The notes beneath the pieces are model-generated. The model ran no database searches, had not been told where the DNA came from, and saw only the letters and a list, made by a program, of their open reading frames with translations. From a virus: a stretch of DNA of 43,141 bases. Below, piece by piece: positions 6,697 through 14,355 of this stretch. The stretch covers positions 1 through 43,141 of IMG/VR virus record IMGVR_UViG_3300050120_000109; one strand, written 5' to 3'. Made by a program: the position numbers and the translations under genes. Positions within the stretch are counted from its first letter, which is position 1; every line of letters begins with the position of its first letter.

Positions 6697-8417
6697 TGTC
6701 GGGGGCAAGTCTCGCTCAAGTCCGCGAACCGCCGGCCATGATGTTCGCCGGCCGCTGGGCGTCGGTCACAGAACTGCGCAAGAAATACGACTCACGGATT
6801 GCGGCGATGGAAACCGCCCGGCTGTCGTGGTGGTCGTCGTATCGCGAGTTGTCGCGTTTCATCCGCCCGCGCCTCGGCCGGTTCAATGACACGCCGAATC
6901 AACCGCGTGGCGCCTCGCGGACGCAACGGATCATCGACGACACGGCAACCCAGGCGTCCAAGCGGTTCGGCGCCGGGCTGCAATCGGGTGTCTCAAGCCC
7001 GGCGCGGCCGTGGTTCAAGCTGAAGCTCGCCCGCAAGGCAGTGGTGCCCGGCTCGCCGGCCGCGATGTGGCTGGATGAAGTCCAGAAACGAATGTTCGAT
7101 GTCCTGTCGGGGTCGAACGCCTATCGCTCGCTTGCCTCGATCTATGAGGAAGTGGGCGTTTTCGGCTCCGCGGTCATGCTGGTGTATGAGGATTTCGATG
7201 ACGTAATCCGCTGCTACCCTCTGACCGCTGGCGAATACTACCTCGCGGTAGACGATCGCCTCGATCCCGCGACGCTCGGCCGCAAGTTCGTGATGACGGT
7301 CGGCGCGATGGTCGGCAAGTTTGGTATCGACAACGTTTCAGAAACAGTCGGCCGGCTCTATCGCGACAACGTCCTCGACCAAGAATTCATGGTCTCGCAC
7401 CTGATCTGCAAAAACGACGCGCGGATTGTGGATGCCTTCGGGGTCGCTGGCGCGCCTTGGGTCGAGGCGTTCTGGGAGTGGGGTTCGTCGCAAGATTGCC
7501 TGCTGCAACTGAAGGGCTACCAAGAAAAGCCATTCATGGCGGTGCGCTGGGACGTGACCAGTTCGGACGCCTATGGCGGCTGCCCTGGGATGGACTGCAT
7601 CGGTCAGGTCAAGATGCTGCAAACGCTGCAACGGCGGATGTCGCAAGCGGTCGATAAGACGGTTAACCCGCCGCTGGTCGCCGATGCCGGGCTGCGTAAC
7701 GAACCGGCGACGGCAATTCCCGGCGGCGTGACTTACATCCCGGCCGGCGCGAACACGATCGGGTTCAAGCCGCTGTACGAAATCCGGCCGGACCTGTCTG
7801 CGATGCAGTCGATCATCGCGGCGGTTCAAAAACGGATCCAATCCGCCTTCTTTGAAGACTTGTTCCTGATGATTTCGCAGTTGGACACAACGCGAACCGC
7901 AACCGAAATCACGGAACGCAAGGAAGAGAAGATGCTGATGCTCGGGCCGGCGCTGGAGCGTCTGCACGATGAACTGCTGATGCCGTTTGTCGAGCGGCTG
8001 TTTGCCGTGATGTTGCGGTTCAAGATGTTCCCGGCTCCGCCTGCCGATGTCCAAGGCAACCACATCGGCGTCGAGTTCGTGTCGATCCTGGCGCAAGCAC
8101 AGAAGGCGGTTGCAACGGCCTCGATCGAGCGGCTGTTCGCCTTCGTCGGATCGATCGCCGGCATCAAGCCCGAAGTCACGGACAACGTCGATGCCGACGA
8201 AGCGGTGCGGGAATATGCCGACATGATCGGCGCGCCGGCCGGCCTGGTGGTCGATCTGGACGCGGTCAAGGCGGCTCGCGCGGCACGCCAGCAACAGGCG
8301 CAACAACAGGCGTCACTACAGCAGGGCCTCGCGGCTGCGACCGGGGCGAAAACACTGGCTCAGACCGATATCGGCGGCGGCGCGAACGCGCTGCAACGTG
8401 TCACCGGTATGGGCTGA
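6696..8417 (+). CDS. Portal protein (T7 gp8 / head-to-tail connector type)
   Basis: The size is 573 aa. 'WWSSYRELSRFIRPRLGRF...SPARPWFKL' matches the connector-family N-terminal signature. It sits after the terminase genes. Confidence 0.9.
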   Translation: MSGASLAQVREPPAMMFAGRWASVTELRKKYDSRIAAMETARLSWWSSYRELSRFIRPRLGRFNDTPNQPRGASRTQRIIDDTATQASKRFGAGLQSGVSSPARPWFKLKLARKAVVPGSPAAMWLDEVQKRMFDVLSGSNAYRSLASIYEEVGVFGSAVMLVYEDFDDVIRCYPLTAGEYYLAVDDRLDPATLGRKFVMTVGAMVGKFGIDNVSETVGRLYRDNVLDQEFMVSHLICKNDARIVDAFGVAGAPWVEAFWEWGSSQDCLLQLKGYQEKPFMAVRWDVTSSDAYGGCPGMDCIGQVKMLQTLQRRMSQAVDKTVNPPLVADAGLRNEPATAIPGGVTYIPAGANTIGFKPLYEIRPDLSAMQSIIAAVQKRIQSAFFEDLFLMISQLDTTRTATEITERKEEKMLMLGPALERLHDELLMPFVERLFAVMLRFKMFPAPPADVQGNHIGVEFVSILAQAQKAVATASIERLFAFVGSIAGIKPEVTDNVDADEAVREYADMIGAPAGLVVDLDAVKAARAARQQQAQQQASLQQGLAAATGAKTLAQTDIGGGANALQRVTGMG

Positions 8418-8418
8418 T

Positions 8419-8430
8419 CTCTAGTAACGG
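8419..8430 (-). repeat. Copy 3 of CCGTTACTAGAG (minus orientation)
   Basis: Exact copy in the 22-nt spacer between the portal stop and the ATG at 8440. Confidence 0.9.
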
Positions 8431-8439
8431 GGCAAGTAG

Positions 8440-8844
8440 ATGGCAAAGCTAGGGAAAAGCACCCACGCACTCGACCTGGCGGACCTGTTCGGCGATCAGG
8501 CGGGTATGCCGCCGGCCGCGTGGAAGATGCGCGACGTTGTGCGGTCGTTTGGTGGCCTGAACATTACGGGGCCGATCGCGGCCGCTTACACCATGGCGCG
8601 CAATGACAAGATGATCCGGTACGACCCTACGGCCGGGGCCTTCACGATCACGCTGCTGCCGGCCGCGTCCTACATGCTCGGGACTGAACTGGTCTTTAAG
8701 AACCTCGGCACGTCTGCCACGGCCATGACGATCAAGGGCAATGCCGCCGAAACGATCGATGGGGCGAACACGCTGGTTGTGTCTGCCTCGCGGGCGAAAA
8801 CGCGGCTGGTGACGAACGGCGCAAGCTGGGATGTCATCGGGTGA
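8440..8844 (+). CDS. Hypothetical virion-module protein (134 aa)
   Basis: Clean ORF with a beta-rich composition. Confidence 0.6.
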   Translation: MAKLGKSTHALDLADLFGDQAGMPPAAWKMRDVVRSFGGLNITGPIAAAYTMARNDKMIRYDPTAGAFTITLLPAASYMLGTELVFKNLGTSATAMTIKGNAAETIDGANTLVVSASRAKTRLVTNGASWDVIG

Positions 8845-9161
8845 ACCCTTTCGGTCATCTCGTTTACGGATCGGCGGCGGGAGGGATGTGCCAGTGTAGC
8901 AACTGGTCGCCGCTCCGTCCTTGCTGCCGGGTGCGCGACGGGGCGGGGGACGCTTCGGGGGTGGCGTCTCTCGCCCTGTTGCCCGATGGCCGGGTGCTGG
9001 TCGCCCATGATGGGGGCGCGTTCACGGTCGCCGAACCGGGCACTGTGCCGCCTCGCGATGGTGGCGCGTGGGGTTATGACTGGATCGATGCGCCTCCGCC
9101 GCGCCGTAGCTGGCTGCGCCGGGTTTGCGCCTGGCTGTGCGGCAAGGGCTGGGCCGCGTGA
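8841..9161 (+). CDS. Hypothetical protein (106 aa)
   Basis: A GTG start overlaps the upstream stop. It is Trp/Cys-rich. Confidence 0.45.
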   Translation: MNPFGHLVYGSAAGGMCQCSNWSPLRPCCRVRDGAGDASGVASLALLPDGRVLVAHDGGAFTVAEPGTVPPRDGGAWGYDWIDAPPPRRSWLRRVCAWLCGKGWAA

Positions 9162-9577
9162 TGACCACCACCACGGCGGCCGATGCCTGCCCGATCTGCG
9201 GTCATGACGACTGCGACCATACCGATGAGGAAATGGGGGAAGCGGCTGCGCGGCAGTCGGCCGGGCAACCTGCGGTCTACAACGCAAGCGAACCGTCCTC
9301 GATCGCGCGGGCCGCGAAACGGGCGAAGCTGGGCGACACGGCCGAGGTCGATGGCCTCAAGTGGACCATGCGCCACGCCTCCGGGCGGGCCTTTGTGTGG
9401 GCCATCCTGCAAGCCGCGCATGTCGATCAAGCGTCGTTCAATCTTAACACACACGTAACGGCTTACCGCGAAGGCGAGAGGGCCAACGGGCTGCGCTTGG
9501 TGCGGCTGCTGATGGCTCACGCGACGCGCGATTACGCGCTGATGGTCGCGGAAAACGGGGGTTCTAATGTTTCGTAG
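9161..9577 (+). CDS. Hypothetical protein, Bbp19-like by recollection (138 aa)
   Basis: ATG 9161 overlaps the upstream stop. It has an N-terminal CxxC..C.H motif and 'GRAFVWAILQAAHVDQASFNLNTHVTAYREGERANGLRLVRLL'. Confidence 0.6.
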   Translation: MTTTTAADACPICGHDDCDHTDEEMGEAAARQSAGQPAVYNASEPSSIARAAKRAKLGDTAEVDGLKWTMRHASGRAFVWAILQAAHVDQASFNLNTHVTAYREGERANGLRLVRLLMAHATRDYALMVAENGGSNVS

Positions 9578-10391
9578 GTGGTTGCTTTCATCGGTGTGCT
9601 TCGCGCCGGAAGATGGCGGCGGCTCTGGTGCTGCTGCTCCTGCCGTCGCTGCCGTCGCGGCTCCGGTTGTTGCGGCACCGGCTGCGGCTGCTGCTGCGGT
9701 TGTCGCGCCTGCTGCTGCTGCGGCCGTAGTCGCGCCGGCTGCCGCTGTGGTGGCGCCGGTCAAGATGACCAGTGCGATGTCGGACATGGTCGATCCGGCC
9801 GGCGCGGCGGCGGTCGAAGCGGCTGCGGCGGCTGCGGCGGCGCTGGCGGCCGATCCGGTCGCGGCGGCGGCTGCGGCCGAGGCGGAGGCGGCGGCTGCTG
9901 CGGCGGCGAAGGCTGCCGAACCGCCCCCCGATCTGTCGGGCGTCAAGCTGATCGAGGGCCTCGCGGCCGATCATCCTTCCTACACGGCCTTTGTTGCTGC
10001 TGCGGGTGATCTGCGGCTGACGGCCGATCAAGCACAAACCCTGGTCGATAAGGTGGGGCCGGCGTTCAAAGCCGCGCTGCAAGCACCGTTCGATTTCTGG
10101 GCAACGCAAACGGCGGCTTGGGATGTGGCTCGCAAAGCCGATCCCGTCGTCGGCGGCGCCAACTATCAGGCGTCAATCGTCAACGTCGCGAAAGCTCTTG
10201 ACCATTTCGGCGGGCAATCGTTGCGGGAAGAAATCGCTCTAACAGGTGCGGGCAATGGCCCTGCCTTGTTCAGGGCGTTCGCTCTGATCGGAAAAGCAAT
10301 GTCTGAGGGTGGCTTCGTCACCGGCCGCACGGCCGGCGCGGCGGAGAAAACGCTCGGCCAACGCATGTATCCGACGATGGAAACTCCGTAA
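9567..10391 (+). CDS. Scaffolding protein candidate (274 aa) with an Ala-rich N-terminal half
   Basis: It lies immediately upstream of the major capsid gene. It has an extended poly-Ala/Val tract (about 9620..9910) followed by a helical C-terminal half. Confidence 0.65.
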   Translation: MFRRWLLSSVCFAPEDGGGSGAAAPAVAAVAAPVVAAPAAAAAAVVAPAAAAAVVAPAAAVVAPVKMTSAMSDMVDPAGAAAVEAAAAAAAALAADPVAAAAAAEAEAAAAAAAKAAEPPPDLSGVKLIEGLAADHPSYTAFVAAAGDLRLTADQAQTLVDKVGPAFKAALQAPFDFWATQTAAWDVARKADPVVGGANYQASIVNVAKALDHFGGQSLREEIALTGAGNGPALFRAFALIGKAMSEGGFVTGRTAGAAEKTLGQRMYPTMETP

Positions 10392-10407
10392 CTGAAAGGG
10401 CCACAAG

Positions 10408-11457
10408 ATGGCAACGATTGGCGCGCTCGCCCTGACCTACGCCGACTGGGCGAAGCGCATGGACGACGACAACAAGACGGCCGACATCATCGAATTGTTG
10501 TCGCAAACGAATGACGTTCTTGACGACATGCTCGTTGTCGAGGCGAACGGTCCGACCGGTCACACCACCACCATCCGCACCGGCCTGCCACAAGCTACGT
10601 GGCGTCTGCTCAACTATGGTGTCGCAACCGCCAAGTCCACCACGGCCAAGATTACCGACTCGATCGGTATGCTTGAAACCTATTCCGTGGTCGATAAGGC
10701 GCTCGCGGACCTGAACGGCAACACGGCCGAATTCAGGTTGTCGGAAGACCTGGCCTTTCTCGAAGGCATGTCGCAGCAAATGGCTTCGACCGTTTTCTAC
10801 GGCAATACTTCGGTAAACCCTGAGCGGTTCATGGGCCTGTCGCCGCGCTTCTCGACCGTGCAAACCGCACTGGCGACGAACGCGCAAAACGTCATCGACG
10901 GCGCGGGGACCGGGTCCACGAACACGTCGCTGTGGGGTGCTACCTGGGGCGCGCGCACGCTGCACGGCATCTTCCCCAAGGGCGGTAAGTCCGGCTTTGT
11001 CATGAAGGACAAGGGCGACGTTACGCCGGCTCTGGATGCGAACAATAACCGATTTGAAGCCTATACGACGCACTTCAAATGGGACAACGGCCTTACTTTG
11101 CGTGATTGGCGCTATGTCTTCCGCATCTGCAACATCGATGTCACGCAGTTGTCGGGTGGCTCCGCAACCAATCTGATCGCCGGGCTGGTCCGTGGTGTCC
11201 ATCGGCTGCCGACGCAACCCGGATCGGTCGCGACGGAACAAAAAACCGACGCGCCGAACGGCGGGCAGGCGAACAACGGGCGGCTGGCAATCTACGCGAA
11301 CCGCACGCTTCGCACCTGGCTGGATTTGCAGGCGCTCAACAAGGCCAACCTGCTCCTTCAGTTCGCCGAATGGCACGGCAAGCCGATCACGACTTTCCGC
11401 GGCATCCCGATCAGGACGTGCGACGCGCTGCTGAACACTGAAAGCCGGGTGACCTGA
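10408..11457 (+). CDS. Major capsid protein
   Basis: The size is 349 aa. 'LTYADWAKRMDDDNKTADIIELLSQTNDVLDDMLVVEANGPTGHTTTIRTGLPQATWRLLNYGV' recalls a conserved podovirus capsid family. Its position after the scaffold and the strong RBS also fit. Confidence 0.85.
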   Translation: MATIGALALTYADWAKRMDDDNKTADIIELLSQTNDVLDDMLVVEANGPTGHTTTIRTGLPQATWRLLNYGVATAKSTTAKITDSIGMLETYSVVDKALADLNGNTAEFRLSEDLAFLEGMSQQMASTVFYGNTSVNPERFMGLSPRFSTVQTALATNAQNVIDGAGTGSTNTSLWGATWGARTLHGIFPKGGKSGFVMKDKGDVTPALDANNNRFEAYTTHFKWDNGLTLRDWRYVFRICNIDVTQLSGGSATNLIAGLVRGVHRLPTQPGSVATEQKTDAPNGGQANNGRLAIYANRTLRTWLDLQALNKANLLLQFAEWHGKPITTFRGIPIRTCDALLNTESRVT

Positions 11458-11487
11458 GCGGCCGTCTTCCATCCGTCAACCTCTAAG

Positions 11488-11518
11488 CCTCGCTCCGGTC
11501 ACGACCGGACGCGAGAGG
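11488..11518 (+). promoter_or_regulatory. Stable hairpin between the capsid gene and the next gene
   Basis: Arms CTCGCTCCGGT / ACCGGACGCGAG form about 11 bp with one bulge and a loop of CACG. There is no U-tract. The 3' arm overlaps the RBS (GAGAGGGA) of the ATG at 11523. Confidence 0.5.
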
Positions 11519-11522
11519 GAAA

Positions 11523-12005
11523 ATGCACATGATGATCGATGGGCTTCTCATCTTCGATCCCGCCGCAACGCTGCTGACTGTCACGGCTCCGTCCACGAAC
11601 GTTCTTGACTTGGGGGTGGGCCGTGATCTCGGGCCGGGTGGTCCGGTGCTGGATGTGTTCGGCATGGTTCAAACGACCATGACGGCGGCGGGTGCCGCGA
11701 CGCTGCAAGCCTCCATTCAGGGGGCGCCGGACAATGGCGGCGTGCCCGGAACGTGGGTCGATCTGATGATGACCGGGCTGCTGCCGGTCGCAAATCTGGT
11801 TGCCGGCGTCGAGTTCCTGCGCACGCCCCTGCCGTATCTCAACCCGGCGATGGCGGGCAACTCCAAGCCCATGCGGTTCCTGCGGCTCAATTACAACGTC
11901 GCAACGGGGCCGTTCACGGCGGGTGCTGTCTACACGGCGTTGATCCCGCACGGCGGGCGCCAGAACAACATCCCGTATGGCTCGGGGTTCAATCCCTTCA
12001 ACTGA
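11523..12005 (+). CDS. Capsid decoration/cement-like protein (Bbp16-like by recollection, 160 aa)
   Basis: It lies directly after the capsid gene. 'LLIFDPAATLLTVTAPSTNVLDLGVGRDLG...' is typical of that family's N-terminus. Confidence 0.55.
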   Translation: MHMMIDGLLIFDPAATLLTVTAPSTNVLDLGVGRDLGPGGPVLDVFGMVQTTMTAAGAATLQASIQGAPDNGGVPGTWVDLMMTGLLPVANLVAGVEFLRTPLPYLNPAMAGNSKPMRFLRLNYNVATGPFTAGAVYTALIPHGGRQNNIPYGSGFNPFN

Positions 12006-12029
12006 TACCGCAAGCAACGATTGGCGCAC

Positions 12030-12041
12030 CCGTTACTAGAG
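12030..12041 (+). repeat. Copy 4 of CCGTTACTAGAG (plus orientation)
   Basis: Exact and intergenic, 35 nt upstream of the ATG at 12076. Confidence 0.9.
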
Positions 12042-12075
12042 GCGGGGCGTCTCTCGGGGCATAGGAGGTCACTAC

Positions 12076-12639
12076 ATGGCTCGTTGGCGTATTCATCAAC
12101 TGTCCTTCATCGACACGGGAAACAACGGCGGCGGCGCGCTGTTCGATGCGGGTTCGGAAATCAACGTCGGGCCGCTGCGCGCGGCGGTGGGCAGTCCGGG
12201 TGATGCCGGTTACCGGCCGGCCGTCGTGCATCGGCCGGGGCCGCACTGGGAGCCTTTGGACGATGAGGCAAAGGCAATCTCTGCGGACACGAAAACCACC
12301 TTTACCGGCGAAGTGCCGGACGTGGTCAACGCGCTGGCCGATGAGTTGGAAGCCTCGAAGGCCACGATGGACGCGGCCAACCGGGCAACCGTGGTCACGC
12401 CGGAAATAATCGCCCAAATCGTCGCGGCGGCTCTCGCCGCGCACAAACCGGCGGAACAGGTGCCCGCTCCTGCGGCTCCGGTTCCGGCGCCACTGACGGC
12501 CGGCGAAATCGCGGCAATCGTCGCGCAAGCTGTTCATCACACGATGGACACTCGCGCTGGCGCCGATGCGATGAAGGCGGCGGAAGCCGCTGCGCTGGCC
12601 GACGAGACCACCTCGGATACGAAGTCCAAGGGGAAGTGA
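12076..12639 (+). CDS. Hypothetical virion-module protein (187 aa)
   Basis: RBS TAGGAGG lies upstream. Confidence 0.6.
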   Translation: MARWRIHQLSFIDTGNNGGGALFDAGSEINVGPLRAAVGSPGDAGYRPAVVHRPGPHWEPLDDEAKAISADTKTTFTGEVPDVVNALADELEASKATMDAANRATVVTPEIIAQIVAAALAAHKPAEQVPAPAAPVPAPLTAGEIAAIVAQAVHHTMDTRAGADAMKAAEAAALADETTSDTKSKGK

Positions 12640-12644
12640 AACCT

Positions 12645-12684
12645 GGCCGGCCCGGCGTGCTGCCTGTCGGGCTGGCCTCTTTTT
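12645..12684 (+). terminator. Rho-independent terminator candidate
   Basis: GC stem GGCCGGCCCG / CGGGCTGGCC (one mismatch), a loop of about 12 nt, then TCTTTTT. Confidence 0.65.
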
Positions 12685-12696
12685 CGAGGTCTCGAT

Positions 12697-13614
12697 ATGA
12701 TTAAACGCATCCTGCTTTGCCTGCCGCTGCTGGCGCTGGTCGCCGTGGGGCTGTTCGTCCCGATCGTCAAGGCGCAGTCGCCGGCCGGCGCGATCCTGCT
12801 GGATTGGATCTCGGGCACCATCCGCGATCCCGGCACTGGGGCCGTCGCGCCGGTCTCTGCCACGCTGGGCCTTGCCACGCACGCGCCGGACGGGCTGAGC
12901 GTCACGGCGTCGGTGTCCTCGGCCGCGACGCTGTTCTCGACCGATACCACGGGTTACCAGTCGGTCTCCGTCGCGGTCACCAGTCCGGGCGTTGGGACCA
13001 CGATCAGCTATCAGGTCAGCAACGACAACGTTAACTGGGTCGCCGCGATCGGCAACAGTATCACGAACACGGGCAACGCAACGCCTTTCAGCGCGACGAA
13101 CGCGGCGGGCCTCTATGTGTTCCCGACGCCGGCCCGGTATTTCCGCGCGGTCGTCACGACCTATGGTTCCGGCACCGCGACGGCTGTCGCCTTCTTCCGG
13201 TCGGCGCCGAATCAGTCGCCGGGCGTCAATGTCGGCGGCGGGTTCGTCTCGTTTCAGGGTGCGATCTCCACGGGCAACACGGGGACGCGGCTGATCTCGG
13301 CCGCCACGACTAACGCCACGGTCGCTAAAGCCTCGGCCGGCAACCTGACGGGCCTCGTCCTCGGCAACAACGGCGCCGCCGCCGCTTACCTGCATCTCTA
13401 CAATCTCGCCACGTCGCCAACCTGCGGAACGAGTGTTCCGGTCGCTACCTTCGTTGTGCCAGGTGCCACGACCGGCGGGACGTTCCAGTGGATGTTGGAC
13501 ATTGGCATGAACATGTCGGCCGGCATCGCGTTCTGCATCACGGGCGGCATGGCGGACACCGACACCACGGCCGTTGCGCTGTCGCAAGTCTCCGCCCTGC
13601 TGCTCTACAAGTAG
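12697..13614 (+). CDS. Secreted (signal-peptide) beta-rich protein (305 aa)
   Basis: The N-terminus 'MIKRILLCLPLLALVAVGLFVPIVKA/QS' looks like a Sec signal peptide. The rest is Thr/Ser/Gly/Ala/Val-rich and resembles two beta-sandwich-like halves. Confidence 0.7.
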   Translation: MIKRILLCLPLLALVAVGLFVPIVKAQSPAGAILLDWISGTIRDPGTGAVAPVSATLGLATHAPDGLSVTASVSSAATLFSTDTTGYQSVSVAVTSPGVGTTISYQVSNDNVNWVAAIGNSITNTGNATPFSATNAAGLYVFPTPARYFRAVVTTYGSGTATAVAFFRSAPNQSPGVNVGGGFVSFQGAISTGNTGTRLISAATTNATVAKASAGNLTGLVLGNNGAAAAYLHLYNLATSPTCGTSVPVATFVVPGATTGGTFQWMLDIGMNMSAGIAFCITGGMADTDTTAVALSQVSALLLYK

Positions 13615-13623
13615 GCGCCGGAC

Positions 13624-14355
13624 ATGGTCGCCGATGTGGATGTCGCCAACCGGGTGCTGCAAGCGATCGGCACGCGGTCGAACATTGCCAGCCTCACGGA
13701 AGGATCGCCCGAGTCCGACGCGGTGCAGCGGGAATACGCATCAAGCCGCGATGAACTGCTCCGCAAGTTCGATTGGAATTGGGCGGAAAGGCAGGTCCCA
13801 GCGGCCTTGCTGCGGGCGGTAGCCGGCACGCCGGAAAACCCGACTGGCGCCTCCCTGCCCCTGCCGGCGCTGCCGTGGCGCTACGCCTACGCCTACCCCG
13901 TGGACTGCATCAAAATGCGCGGGCTGATGCAGGCGCAACCGGTGGCGACGCTGGCCGGTATCCCGATCTCGCTGGCCGGTGGCGTGATGCCGCGTCGGCG
14001 GGTCTCGCTGCGCGACTGGCGGGAGGCGGGTGATCTCGACCCGGCCGGCAACCCGCGCAAGGTGATCCTGTCGAACGTCTCGCAAGCCGTCTTCGTCTAC
14101 ACCGGCACGATCAACGACCCGAACATCTGGGACTCGCTGTTTGTCGCCGCGCTGGTCGGCCGGCTCGCGGCGAAGCTGGTCACGCCGCTGGCCGGCGATA
14201 AGACCCTCGCCAACATGGCAATCCGCTCGGGGAAGGAAGCGGAGACCGATGCGGAAGCGGTCAACGGCAACGAGGGTATCACGGTCATGGATACTCTGCC
14301 GGATTGGATCGCGGCCTCGGGGTATCGTGACTATGACCACGCGGACGATTATTGA
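13624..14355 (+). CDS. Tail tubular protein A / adaptor (T7 gp11-like, 243 aa)
   Basis: 'ANRVLQAIGTRSNIASLTEGSPESDAVQREYASSRDELLRKFDWNWA' has the gp11-type N-terminal pattern. Size and position fit. Confidence 0.65.
   Translation: MVADVDVANRVLQAIGTRSNIASLTEGSPESDAVQREYASSRDELLRKFDWNWAERQVPAALLRAVAGTPENPTGASLPLPALPWRYAYAYPVDCIKMRGLMQAQPVATLAGIPISLAGGVMPRRRVSLRDWREAGDLDPAGNPRKVILSNVSQAVFVYTGTINDPNIWDSLFVAALVGRLAAKLVTPLAGDKTLANMAIRSGKEAETDAEAVNGNEGITVMDTLPDWIAASGYRDYDHADDY

Noticed and set aside
9620-9910. Highly repetitive GCN-rich stretch that at first looked like a tandem repeat or array.
   Set aside because: It is an in-frame poly-Ala/Val low-complexity tract in the scaffold-like ORF. It has no repeat-spacer organisation and no conserved unit length, so it is not a CRISPR array or an iteron array.
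11984-11994. GGTTCAATCCC, a tRNA T-loop-like sequence.
   Set aside because: The flanking bases cannot form the T-stem (CGGGG versus CCTTC). No acceptor or anticodon arms could be drawn. It lies inside the 3' end of a coding ORF.
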